Source: Histomonas meleagridis 2922-C6/04-290x (taxonomy: Eukaryota; Protista; Parabasalia). Taken from it: 64,000 nt of DNA. The stretch covers positions 186,001 to 250,000 of the forward strand of contig JAANOX010000136.1 of NCBI GenBank assembly GCA_020184695.1, given 5' to 3'. Position numbers and translations under genes: made by a program. Positions within the stretch are counted from its first letter, which is position 1; each line of letters begins with the position of its first letter. Positions 34,201 to 44,851 of the stretch are shown here, piece by piece. Under the pieces are notes generated by a model. That model made no database searches and was not told the DNA's origin. It worked only from the letters and a program-made list of their open reading frames with translations.

Positions 34201-34474
34201 TAGATGATGAAATCTGTATTGGACGGAAACTTTTTATGATGTTAGCCATGAATGTGGTGGTTGCATCATAAAGGTTTTCGTTGGTTGTTTTTGAAAAAAT
34301 ATTAATGATTTTTTCTGTTACAATGTTAACATCTAATAATTCGATTACATTTGTTTGGCCAAATAATATTAGTTCGTTTAGTTTCTGTATTGATTCTAGT
34401 TCTTTTTGCTCATTGCCTGAGTTGAGGTTTTCGACCAAATCTGGGAGTGAAGCGAGAATTCCGTCTAAGTCCAT
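31208..34474 (-). CDS. HECT E3 ubiquitin ligase (Ufd4/TRIP12/UPL3-like)
   Basis: ARM-like N-terminus; HECT motifs IRRDHIF, GFGLGPAHEFF, KFITGCERLPVGG, LPTASTCSNYFKVPEYSS, EGQGAFLYS. Confidence 0.95.
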   Translation of the reverse strand: MDLDGILASLPDLVENLNSGNEQKELESIQKLNELILFGQTNVIELLDVNIVTEKIINIFSKTTNENLYDATTTFMANIIKSFRPIQISSSNFIYNLILTKLNQDLSRRMAQSTFELIIALNEIDPKKITTLFSIDIFLKHFDQLMTNQKRFVIKCICTTTEHISQTDALKHFNQIANKLQYNDTIIRRLSVITFSHLINSFTMPLIPNNIYDILFETLSICDDPDAIEPLITTCKGKCKEVWFAQKWVDGDISYAKYFSCNKFGQKSNTIINQMLNLLLNIFPAADFPDGYWDKPHECATNLERLANIIHPYCIDFIEKKDIDIKLSYALLIVCRSIITFQVPNKVFVKLVTYLQRQQISSMHAILLTVTCTGNEDIYLSSGLFEALQASTQQNKAYQVWYDEKLRILTRRLENSSNNSFNNAKIDTIEKLLDFMSKNKFKPVEFYMSKVFSEVPKMLTKSQSIQNLDFTKLVETMESIAQVIQLPLFNDPTFRKTANDLIQTSIPYNVIYKGNNYGVITIYSNGQFVGFEAWWNQEHNKITTTYLEQKLNNNSIYQIPNLTRLSFTQIGILHRIFNTPNYKRFSFKIKDKVYSYLDFTYNTYVRSLQLISLFRSTVFDMELIDEVEPNPIIYGESIPKELKLNHKFNDFLKIMEKINSISPKLSHKVKSIEHRLNSKSTFTGIISMSSPSIIIPYHYPFLFSSRYKILLFKIISLDYYSSLSSAYSTIFHQNQILREGRQTFTCIIRRDHIFEDGSKLLKEIGPSAIHLDISFHNENGFGLGPAHEFFDLFSKELAKKKYNMWRNSTLSDNEYSFSENGLFPSPNANPEMFYLLGLLCGKAIQMNSLLSIPLSNTFFKFIKGYKIHLKEVDERLYNSLLSFEGLEGMPFTYPGFDDLELCNNGKNIFVTKQNFSKYTNLIIDFTCGSKLNQIRKRFLDGFHSIIERGGFKLLSSRDLKFLIIGEDVNITKNDLEKYVILEHGYNSKSPVINMLFQTILEMDPKQKALLIKFITGCERLPVGGLANLNPKLSIAKRAVEKGQNPDDALPTASTCSNYFKVPEYSSKEILKKKLLMAISEGQGAFLYS

Positions 34475-34838
34475 CCGACCTGAAATCTGGCAAAAAGTGA
34501 TAAATTTTAAAAAAAAATTACCCTAAGTTGACGGTTAATTTTACCGTAAAACAAAAAATGGCACTTTAAAGACTTAGAAGAAAATTAATATAAAATTCAA
34601 TTTTACAATCAAAAGAAAACTTCACTTTCCCTATCAATATTTATTTGTACATAAATAATATAACAAGGTTAAACAAATAATAAGAATTAATTATAGTGAA
34701 ATGATGAAAAGTGATTTTGGAAGTTGAGTTTACAAACATTTATTTTATAATTGAAAAAGTTTTCTTCCGACCAAATTATGAATGGTTTATTTTTATAAAT
34801 TCTTTGGTTAAAAGATCAAATAAAATCCATAACTTAAG

Positions 34839-35519
34839 ATGGAAGATTGGTTTAACGATCCATTTTTTCAAGATAATAGTGATCCATTCGAAAGCATGAA
34901 TAGGCACTTTCAACAAATGCATCAAATGATGAATAGTATGTTCAATCATCCATTCTTTTCATCACCTTACGGTTCACTTGGATTTGATCAACCATATCAC
35001 CAACAAATCCATGGGCATGGATATCCTAACCGAAATAGATCTGGCAGAGTAATGGAAGAACAAGATGAAACAAGATATCAACCACATTCAAATACACCAA
35101 TTATCGAAGAACCTGATTCAGATGATGACACACATAACTATAGTCAACCTAATTATGATAGATCAAATAGACATACTCATAGTCGATATAATCAACCTCA
35201 TGATACATTCTTCTATTCATCTTCAATGTCAACATACACAGGCCCTAATGGAGTAAGGCATGCCAAAAAGAAAACGTATGACAGTACAACTGGAAAAACA
35301 GAAATGGCAGAAATGCGCATGATCGGCGATCAAGCAGTTGCTCGAAAAAGAGAAATTGGAAGAAATGGGCATGTAAAGGATATGTTTGACAAAAGCAATA
35401 TTGATGATGATGAGATTGAAGATTTTGATCATCGATGGAATAATCTCCATAGAAATAATGCATCTACCTTAACCTATTCAAACCGCCATCCCCATTCACG
35501 CAGTCCACAATTGAAATAA
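34839..35519 (+). CDS. Myeloid leukaemia factor (MLF) family protein
   Basis: DPFESMNRHFQQM..MMNSMF, FYSSSMSTY..PNG, DSTTGKTEMAEMRMIGDQ, EIEDFDHRW match the MLF pattern. Confidence 0.75.
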   Translation: MEDWFNDPFFQDNSDPFESMNRHFQQMHQMMNSMFNHPFFSSPYGSLGFDQPYHQQIHGHGYPNRNRSGRVMEEQDETRYQPHSNTPIIEEPDSDDDTHNYSQPNYDRSNRHTHSRYNQPHDTFFYSSSMSTYTGPNGVRHAKKKTYDSTTGKTEMAEMRMIGDQAVARKREIGRNGHVKDMFDKSNIDDDEIEDFDHRWNNLHRNNASTLTYSNRHPHSRSPQLK

Positions 35520-35726
35520 AAGCGAAATTATTTGATTAACTCGTCTTTTTTTATCAACACAAAAGAAATTAGATAAACATTGTTATAGAAGTTATTAACA
35601 TTATTAAGTTTAAAACAATACTTGAAAAATTCTGTAAAAAAAGATAAATTTTCATTTCTTAAGCTCTCGTTTCGATAGCATCCTAATGTAATGAAAGTTC
35701 CCAAGTGAATTTGTGGAAAAGTTTTT

Positions 35727-36230
35727 CATTACTTCTTGAACAAGAAGGAATTGATATTGAAGTTAAAGATATTGACTGATATTATTTGGAATTTATTTTA
35801 ATAATTTTCTATTTCAAAATAATATTCGAAAATTATTTAAAGTAATTTATACAACACTTATTTGAGTAACTAGAAAAGGTTATAGAGAAATAGTTGGATT
35901 ACTTTTTGAGCAAAAAGGATTTAATGTTTATGTTAATTTTTATTATAATAATTTTATATTTTATTGGAAAATTTTTCAAATTTTTTGATACAACACTTAT
36001 ATTTGTAGCTCAAAATGGTAATATAGAAATAATTAAATTACTGTTTATTCAAAAAGGAATTGATGTATCAGCTATAAATGTTAATACATTTTGTTTGATA
36101 TTAGATTATATTATTTTTTCTTTCAAAATATATATATATATATATATATATTTCGAAATTGTTTAATTTATTTGAAACATCATTTTTTTATGCATCGAAG
36201 AAAAATAGTGAAATTTGTTCCTTAATTAAA
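35727..36230 (+). pseudogene. Orphan ankyrin-module array with 68-nt-type spacers (3 modules, no DUF3447 head)
   Basis: LLEQEGIDIEVKDI-spacer-TTLI*VTRKG (G-to-T offset 104 nt), then two units with altered spacer length. Confidence 0.75.
36128..36151. repeat. (TA)n microsatellite within the spacer hairpin loop
   Basis: TTTCAAAA-(TA)n-TTTCGAAA at 36121-36158. Confidence 0.9.
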
Positions 36231-36358
36231 GCCAAAATTTTCCCTCAGAATGTATTCACTAAATTTTAAAATATAATTGATATTTATTTTTATCAACTTT
36301 TTTTTAATAATTATTCAAATACGTATATATATGATAGTTATTTTTATTTATATTCATA

Positions 36359-37384
36359 TTAGAATATAATGCATTCAACAGGTGGATCATCTGATTCCTC
36401 TCCCAAATCATTTATTTGTCCAGCAAACAAAATCGCATTCGAACTCTGCTGTATAATGAAATAATGAAATGGTTTGTCTACTCTAATATAATAAATTGTT
36501 GGTGAAAAAATGCTCAAACCAAATTTATACTCAGCTGAAGCTGCGGAAGCAACTGCACCTTTCTCATCAACATCAATTTTCGCAAACTGGTATGTGTGGG
36601 TAATGTTTGAGTCATTATATAATTTAAGTTCTTTAAGTTCTTGGTCAAAATCAAAAAATGAATCGATAGAAAACTTCGGCAAATATAATACGACTTTTTC
36701 AAATTTCATATTAGAAATCAAAGATGAAAATGTCTCGGCGCTATACGTTGGAAAGTCTCCTATATGAACAAACATTTCATAATCTTTTTGAAAAGGAATG
36801 AGAACCATTTTTTTATCTTCTGATATCTTTAAACGACAATTAAGCTCCATCATATCAACAACAAGTTTTTTTGTCTTCCCATAGAAAACTTGCTTTATAC
36901 TAGGTTTAAATTGTTTTTTCCATTTCCCTTCGAAATGAAAAACATTAACGAGAAAATAATTTGTAAGTGGATCTAAGTCTTCATTGAGTATCTTGCAAAT
37001 GTGTCCATGCGTTTTTTCCTTACAGTATTGATTTATAGTATCTTTAGATCCTGTTATTGATAAAGGTTGAATAGATCCATATTTTTTAATAAATTCAAGT
37101 GTTTCGGGTGAAATAACATTTTTATTATACCAAACTGAATTTGCTGATGAAATAATACCATCATCAAATTGAGGTAAAGGATCAGAGTTTGGTGGTAATT
37201 CAATGTAATTAAAAATTTCTTCACGAACATCTTCTGGTACAATCATTGAAACTAAGTGTAAAACACTAACTATTGAAAATGGAGAAAAAACATAATTTTG
37301 TTGATCAGGAAAATAACCTTTTGATAGCAAAGAAAAGTAATATTGGTTGATGGAATGAGCATATTTTGAAAGATTGTTACCCAT
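36359..37384 (-). CDS. Serpin with N-terminal MGxxxS and C-terminal CaaX (CIIF)
   Basis: VFSPFSI, LVNVFHFEGKWKKQF, LYLPKFSI, IDVDEKGAVASAASA hinge, VDKPFHYFI. ATG at 37384. Confidence 0.92.
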   Translation of the reverse strand: MGNNLSKYAHSINQYYFSLLSKGYFPDQQNYVFSPFSIVSVLHLVSMIVPEDVREEIFNYIELPPNSDPLPQFDDGIISSANSVWYNKNVISPETLEFIKKYGSIQPLSITGSKDTINQYCKEKTHGHICKILNEDLDPLTNYFLVNVFHFEGKWKKQFKPSIKQVFYGKTKKLVVDMMELNCRLKISEDKKMVLIPFQKDYEMFVHIGDFPTYSAETFSSLISNMKFEKVVLYLPKFSIDSFFDFDQELKELKLYNDSNITHTYQFAKIDVDEKGAVASAASAEYKFGLSIFSPTIYYIRVDKPFHYFIIQQSSNAILFAGQINDLGEESDDPPVECIIF

Positions 37385-37829
37385 TAAAAATGTGAAGTGA
37401 AGAGTGATCGAAACCGTTAACAATTAGGATGGGCAGAAAAATAAGTCATCACATTTCAAATACTTGACTTTTATTTTAAATTTTTCTGACTAAAAGTGCT
37501 TCTTTTGTGCAACCAAACAAAAAAGAAATCTGAATCGCCAAGATCAACTGTTACTATCAAATTTTGGATGGATGTGTGAGGCATATTTAAATAATTAAAA
37601 ATAAGTGATTAACTTATGTCCAAATTCAAACTACCATATGGTATTCTTTCAAATACAGAAGAAGCTCTTTTGTATAGTCAAAACCATAAATGATATTTAA
37701 CGATCTTTAATCTTCCATTTCATATTCGGAAACAAGAAGGTTCAAAGAATTCATATTAAATATTTAGTAATAAAAAAATGAACTGTGATAAATTTTTTAC
37801 TAAAGCAAAATTAATTTTATTCATCTTTT

Positions 37830-38720
37830 TATTGGTTGCGTAATTTGATGATTTCTTCATGAATAAAACCATTACTTTTTGCTAGTGAAAGTGACGTTTC
37901 AAATTCTATAAATAATTTGAAACATTAAATTATCAGTATAAAACAAATAAATATCTTTAGTATATCAGGAGAACAATTTTTAAACGCAATACGTAAGTTA
38001 GTGCTGTATCAAACAATAGAAATAAATTTCAAATATTGTTTTAAAATAAATCATATTATTAAACATTTAAATAAGAAAAGATATATCCTTGAAATTTACT
38101 TATATATTTTTTTGTTCAATTAAGAGTTTTATTATTTCATTGTGCCTTTGAATAAAATTTTTGACAATATATAATTTTCCACATTTTGCTGCTTCATTAA
38201 TATATGCATTAATTTTCATTCCTTTTTCAAGCAAAAATGACAAAAGTTCATTATATTTATATTACAATACATTCTTTCCCTATATCTTCTAAAATATTAT
38301 CTTCATTCAAGTAAAAAAGAATCATTTCGATGAAATTCAACTGCTGCTTCAAACGATGCATGATTTTTGAACAAATGAACAATTTCAATGTCTCCACCGT
38401 AAATAAACCATAAACCATAAATTTTGAAATTGAACAATGATTATTATTATATTTTGATTCTTTTCAGCTGTTTGCATGGTGGTCCAAAAGTCTTTACATC
38501 TCACTTTTTCACAACAGCAAAAAAAAATATTTTAATAAACATTTATATTATCTATATCGATATTTTATCTTATATGAGTTATATACATTTAAAATTTTAT
38601 ACATTATTTTTTTTTTCTCTAAAATGAAATCAGAAATTCGAACTAGTATTTCATCATTACTTTCTTCATGGATTACCAGTTGAAGATACATATAATGAAA
38701 TGATCATCGCTTGTTAACTT
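37830..38720 (-). pseudogene. Decayed DUF3447-ankyrin locus with spacer-interrupted modules
   Basis: Minus-strand fragments IEIVHL..HASFEAAVEFHRND, INEAAKCGKLYIV, EIIKLLIEQK..NFKDI-spacer-FDTAL. Many stops. Confidence 0.6.
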
Positions 38721-38808
38721 TTCAAATATTAGTACATAAATAAAAAACATTTTTTATTCGCATATTTACTATTTTTATTAAAAACTTTTGCTCACAAAAA
38801 CAATTTTT

Positions 38809-39687
38809 TTATTCATTAATGGATTCCATTAAAACGCCTTTGTTTGGAGAAATTAGCATTTGCTTGAGCGGGTCATCGGGATAAATCCATTTGATCATCC
38901 AATCGATTACTTCTTGGACTAATGCCGATATGATTGTGTATAAAAAACTCAAACCTGTCGCGGCTTGTCTTATTTGTCGCGTTCCTCTTCGCCCCGTAGC
39001 AAAGCCTATAACCAAAAGAATGGAAAGAATTGATAGCACAACGAAAAGAGTTATGAAATGACCCAATGCAATTTTGAACCTTTTTACTTCCTTTTGATAT
39101 GCGGAGCTCTTAAACACAATTCTGAAGAAGAGTAAAACATGAATGAAAACATAGCCAATCCACATCAAATAAAATATAATTGTGTATGCCAAAAGAATGT
39201 TATTTTCCTCACTTTTACTGCTTCCACTGGTATCATTTTTTTGCGTGTATTGAATAGAATATATGAGTATGTATATACCTAATGCAAGAACAGGTGATAC
39301 AAAAAACCATGGAGTTGGAACTGGCTTTTTTTCGGATTGCGTGAAGTTGACAAAGTCATGAAATGAAAAACCAAGGCACATAATAGTGACGGTAATTGTC
39401 ATTTGCGCTAATGGTTCAGATAAGGGATTGAATTCTTTTGCTTCTCCTTGCATTTGTTTTTGCATTTTTGAGTAGAAAAAATAACTAATTATAGGTTGAT
39501 ATAGAAAAAGAGTGTGGCAGATAAAAGTTAACCTGTAAAGAAAACGACTCCAATAAAACTTAATTTGAGTATATCCATCAATTCTTGCAGTTGTAATGCA
39601 CCTAAAGATTCCATATATTGTAATTAATATTGTGATCACCAGCATTATATAAGCAACATTTTCTGGGTCTAGTTTCGTGGGCGGCAT
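38809..39687 (-). CDS. Seven-TM membrane protein (GPCR-like topology)
   Basis: About seven hydrophobic segments in 292 aa; family not identified. Confidence 0.6.
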   Translation of the reverse strand: MPPTKLDPENVAYIMLVITILITIYGIFRCITTARIDGYTQIKFYWSRFLYRLTFICHTLFLYQPIISYFFYSKMQKQMQGEAKEFNPLSEPLAQMTITVTIMCLGFSFHDFVNFTQSEKKPVPTPWFFVSPVLALGIYILIYSIQYTQKNDTSGSSKSEENNILLAYTIIFYLMWIGYVFIHVLLFFRIVFKSSAYQKEVKRFKIALGHFITLFVVLSILSILLVIGFATGRRGTRQIRQAATGLSFLYTIISALVQEVIDWMIKWIYPDDPLKQMLISPNKGVLMESINE

Positions 39688-40091
39688 TTGTTTGTCAAAA
39701 CCGTTAAATTACCAACCAAGGACACTTTTCTCATTTACTGCTGAATTTTTATTACGGAACAAGTTCTTTTTTTCGGAATAAATCTTATTCCAGAAAAAGT
39801 ACTTTTTTCTAAATATGTCACTTTTAGCGATAAACATCGACTTTTTCCAGAACAAAATCTTTTTCTGAAAAATATCTTTTTATTTCAATTTTCTGAACTT
39901 ATCTGGCTGAGGCCCCTTTTTTCATGTCGTGAATATTTTTCAAATCAAGCTTTTAAATTTGTTCAAATTATTCATCATAATTAAGGTACTATAGGGCGCT
40001 TGCCCATCCCTACATATTGTATTGGGTTTACTTAATGAACAAAAATTATTAAATTAAAACAAGTTTATTTATACTTAAACATTTAATTATT

Positions 40092-41375
40092 TTACTTTTT
40101 ACATTTTACAATTGGTCTTGATGTTTGTGTTCTCCTTATTGTTAGTGGAGATTTCTGTATTGAATCCATATTTAATTGTTCTACTTGAGAAGTATTTATA
40201 AAACTTCTTTCAGTTCTTCTTGCCGTCAAAGGCCTCTTTCTAATTTCTTGTTCTATTTCATCATTATTAATATTAATTTTAAAACCTGTTGAAACTCTTT
40301 GTACATGTTTACCACACGCAAGACATTTATGATCTGTAGCAGATGAAGTTGATTCTCCATAAGCGATTTCTTGTAATTGATTTGCTAATTCATTAAAATT
40401 GTCTTTGAGAATTATCGAATCCTTTTTCGAATGATAATCAGCGATATCACTTGAAATCGAATTAAAAACATTTTTTGTTTCCGATCGAAATTGTTCGAAT
40501 TCATTTGAGTTTGCTTTATGTGAAAGTGAATTATGTAATTGACAAAGATAATAATGAAGTTCTTTAATTACATTTTGAGAATATGGAATAGTCTTAGTAA
40601 AATACTCAAAATAATCTATGATTGATGTAATTTGTGGATATTGTGGAAAACGTGGTGATTGACTAACATTATATGATGCATTTTTAATAAATTGTGGAAG
40701 ATTTTTTTGCTTTATTGGTAAAAGTTTGTAGAAAATGGTTTTGAATTTTTTGAGCTTTTGTGAAAAAGTGGTACATTCTTTTTGAATCGAATCCATTCGT
40801 TTCGATTGTGACTCAGTTATAGATTTAACAAAATATGGTGCATTTTTCCTGTTAATAATATTTGGAGTTATTTGATTTGACATATTGACGGAAATTTGTA
40901 TAACTGTGTCTTTTAAAGCTTTGAGCTTTTTATTAGTTTTGTCTAAACTTGACTTGATGTCAGTCACCGAATTCATGGCTTCTTTGGCAACAATGGGATC
41001 AAATTCAAGCATTTCAATTTGACCTCGTATGGCAGCATTAACTGAAAACAACATTTCGTTGGTTTTCTTTTGAATAAGTTGCTCAATGTGGCTTTTCCTT
41101 TCATCTAATGAATCTGAAAAATCATCGAGCTTTTGATAAAATAATGTAGAGGATTGACTGTGTTTATTTTCCATTTCTTTCACTTTATTAGAAAGCTGTG
41201 TGAATTCCTCTAATGACGGTCTTCTTTTTAATTCTTCTTTCAAATCTTGAATTTCTTTGCTTTGTTCTTGAATTTGTTCTGATAATTTTTTAAATATTTC
41301 TTGGACGAGAAGGTCATCCACTTGGATTGAGAAAAGAGGCTTTCCAAACCTGAAATCATTGTTAGGTTCGCCCAT
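40092..41375 (-). CDS. Coiled-coil protein with C-terminal CxxC (DHKCLACG)
   Basis: Long ORF with heptad repeats; ATG at 41375 (the track start is TTG). Confidence 0.65.
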   Translation of the reverse strand: MGEPNNDFRFGKPLFSIQVDDLLVQEIFKKLSEQIQEQSKEIQDLKEELKRRPSLEEFTQLSNKVKEMENKHSQSSTLFYQKLDDFSDSLDERKSHIEQLIQKKTNEMLFSVNAAIRGQIEMLEFDPIVAKEAMNSVTDIKSSLDKTNKKLKALKDTVIQISVNMSNQITPNIINRKNAPYFVKSITESQSKRMDSIQKECTTFSQKLKKFKTIFYKLLPIKQKNLPQFIKNASYNVSQSPRFPQYPQITSIIDYFEYFTKTIPYSQNVIKELHYYLCQLHNSLSHKANSNEFEQFRSETKNVFNSISSDIADYHSKKDSIILKDNFNELANQLQEIAYGESTSSATDHKCLACGKHVQRVSTGFKININNDEIEQEIRKRPLTARRTERSFINTSQVEQLNMDSIQKSPLTIRRTQTSRPIVKCKK

Positions 41376-41652
41376 TTTTTTATTAACGTATTTTTTAGGA
41401 AATTCATCCAAGGATCAAGAAAAAATCCAATAAACCCAAAAATAAGAAGTAATATGTAAAATATCATCAAATTTAATGTTTTTCAAAATGCATTCAGATT
41501 TGTTTAATGAATACTTTCTAAATTATTTTTACATTTACTTCAATTATTTTTTCTAATTTAACTAAGAAAAATATTAAAATTACATTAAATATAAAACGTG
41601 TTTATTAAATAATTTGATAAATTTCACAATCAACTTAATTTAAATTATAGGT

Positions 41653-43394
41653 TTAAATATATCCGAATTTTCGTCTTTCATTTTCCTTGAAATCATTTGC
41701 AAATGGATCTTCTTCAACATCCCATAATGCATTATTATCGAATTCAATTGTTTTTATTTCATTTTCACTTTCCTTTATGCTACTTATTTCTTTTGACTCA
41801 TTAGTATCATTTTTATTTCGAATATGAACTAAAACAGCATAATAATGTTAATGAATGGATTACAGAAAACATAATTGAAAATGTCACGTCACTTAAATGT
41901 GATGATAGCATGAATGTATTTGATTGTGTATATGTATTACTTTGCGAATAAGTATTTGATTGAGAAAATGTATTTGATTGTGAATATGTATTACTTTGTG
42001 AATATGTGTTTGATTGAGAAAATGTATTTGATTGTGAATAAGTATTTGATTGCGAAAATGTATTACTTTGTGTAAAAGTTCTGGTGATAATTGGATCACA
42101 GCCATCAAGTGTTGAACCTCTTATCGCACTTAATAAATTAAATGAATTTGATTCATATTCATTTAATACCATTATTGAATTTGCTAAACAACAAGTAAAA
42201 GTCATTAAAAATACAAATTAGTTGGAGTTTTTTCACCATAAAAATAAATACATTTTAGATTGGAACAAGAACCAAATGCTTCTCTTTGAATTGTTGTTAC
42301 CTTTTCACCAATGACAACTGTAACTAAATTGTAATCATAATAAAATGCTTGAATATTAATCGTTGTAACTGAATTTGGTATTATAATATCGCTAAACGCA
42401 TAACATTCGCAGAATGCTAATTCTTAAATTGTCAAAACTGAAATAGGAATCACAACATTATTTAATCTTTGGCAAAACATAAATGCTCCTTCTTCAATTA
42501 TTTCCAAATTTTCACTAATGATAACCGATAATAAATTTGAACAATAATAAAATACTGAGATTCCAATTGATAAAACAGAATTTGGCAATATTATAGCACT
42601 TAATTCATAACAGTAAGAAAACGCATTCGCACCAATTGTTGTAATCGAATTTGGCAATATTATATCATCTAATTTTTCGCATGAGGAAAATGCTCTATCC
42701 CCAATTATTGTTACTGAAGATCCTATGGTAACAATTCTTTCCATTGATTAAAAGCATCTTCTGGAATTTTAGTAATTTCATTACCAATAATAACATAAAT
42801 AGCCTCATTTTTGTGATCATCGTTAAAATCACTGGAATGATTTATAGTTTAAGTACCTGATTCGAATTGTTGAAGAGCATGTGTAAAGAAAGTTACAAGA
42901 ATTAGGGATGGAACAAATTTACTTGTTATATTCCGTTCAACTATTAAAAATTTTATATTATAACTTTTATTTCGAGTTAGATACCAAATTATTTCAATTG
43001 TAACTAAAACTATTAAAATGATTACACGAAAGTCATAGAATATCGAAGAAAGATTAAAAAATAGATTGTCTTTTTTATTCCCAAAAAAACGATATGAGAC
43101 AAATTGTAAATATAAATAATTAATATGATCTGATTCATCTATTTTCTTCAAATAAATATTACTGCAAGAATAATTTAGATTACATTTTGGAGTATTAACA
43201 TATAATACTTCAAATTTCTCCTTATCTATCAATTTGTCATTTGTGTAGGTCTCACGACATATAAAATTGAGAAAATGCTCTATGTTTAGGATATATGATC
43301 TTATAAATGTTTGATTACTCATTGCATAAATTGAATGCTCTGATGTAGCAAAAGAAGAAAAAATGATGATTAGAGGATATAAAATGGGAGCCAT
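41653..43394 (-). pseudogene. BspA-like LRR surface-protein pseudogene with in-frame N-terminal leader domain
   Basis: The leader ORF 43394-42849 is in frame with the BspA N-terminus across a TAA (ESGT*TINHSSDF). TpLRR repeats (IGxxAFxxCxxLxxIxLP), SQSNT[FY] stalk at 41930-42080 and an EDPFANDFKE tail; several frameshifts. Confidence 0.8.
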
Positions 43395-44851
43395 AGTCCA
43401 GATTATGGAAATCAGTAAATATGAGATTTAGAAAAAATACAATAAGCTCGGTGGTTACATTTCTACAACCAACATTGTGTTGATTTTGATTGTCTGACGC
43501 TTTTTGAATCATACATACTATTTTTTCTGAAATATTTCTTAATAATATTGTTTTGTCAATAGAATATTTTGGAGGAATCAATTGAAAACTTATTGCTGTC
43601 TTTTGACAGCAGTTGTCATGAGGTTACCTGACAAACGCTCAAAAGAATCGATGAATCGTAACACAAACGACTGAATTTATCGCTTAATATATCATCTCAG
43701 ATCTTTAATGAGCAGACAGTTATTTTTGTGAATGCAGGATTGAATATATCCAACAAACAATTTCTTGGAATTCATACAAATATAAAAGTATTTATTTCAC
43801 CAGAAACGACACAAAATAAAATTTTTTACTCTAAACAATATTTTTAACTCTGCGAATGAAACTATTGTTGTTTCTTAACAGAAGATTTTAAACCATTCAG
43901 AGCTCCTCTATGAGGACATTGGCTTGTTTCTCTCAACTCCACAACTTACACACTCTGAATCAAACAATACACAGTAATCCACCTTAGTGATTTCCCTTCG
44001 GTAAGCATGGTTGAATAAATAGTTATTAATAATTTTGTTATTAATTAAAAATGTTGTTAAACACTTTTACAGATAAAATATATGAGATGAAATACTTGAA
44101 TTTGTGTATAATGAAGCGCTATCTGATAAAAGTTTTATCTATTAAAAAAAATCAGATTAAAATCCTGAGACCAATTGAGATCAAAATTAAAATAGTTTTT
44201 AGGAAAATTGATGCCTTTGATTGCAAACACACCTTTTATATAATTTTAAAATATAATATCACTAATGATTACGGAAATTTTATTATTTAAAATTCTTGTC
44301 ATTTTTATCAGCTGATGTGAAAAATTTATGAGGTTATATAAATCGAATTATGAACAATTTTTTTTGGTAAGGGGTTGATAACAAACTACTCAATTAATTC
44401 TCGTCACTTTTTATCTGCTCCCAAAAAATTTCAAAAATCATTCAAAAAGCCTTTTTGACAAAAATAACGAATTGAGACTGAAAGGCTAATGATTATATTC
44501 ATTGGGATTTCTTCCATATTACCTTTAAATATTGTCCATTTCAATCAAATTGATAGAAGGAAATGGAAGATCCGACCAAATATATATTGAATTTTAAAAA
44601 AAACAATATCTTAAATTTTAGTCGGTAAAAGTTTATTTAATTGTTAAACTTCATTGAAGTAAGTATGTAAATGATCATTTTAGAATTAAAAAAAATCGGA
44701 GGAGGGAATTTCTCAAAAAAATGAGATGAATTTTTCAATGTAAAGTATTCAAACAGACCACTTTTACAATTGTTTTTAATCATTAATTTCACTTTTTGAG
44801 TTTGTTTTTATCGTCGCGTGTTCAACGTTTATTTCCTGTCATTTTTTTCAT

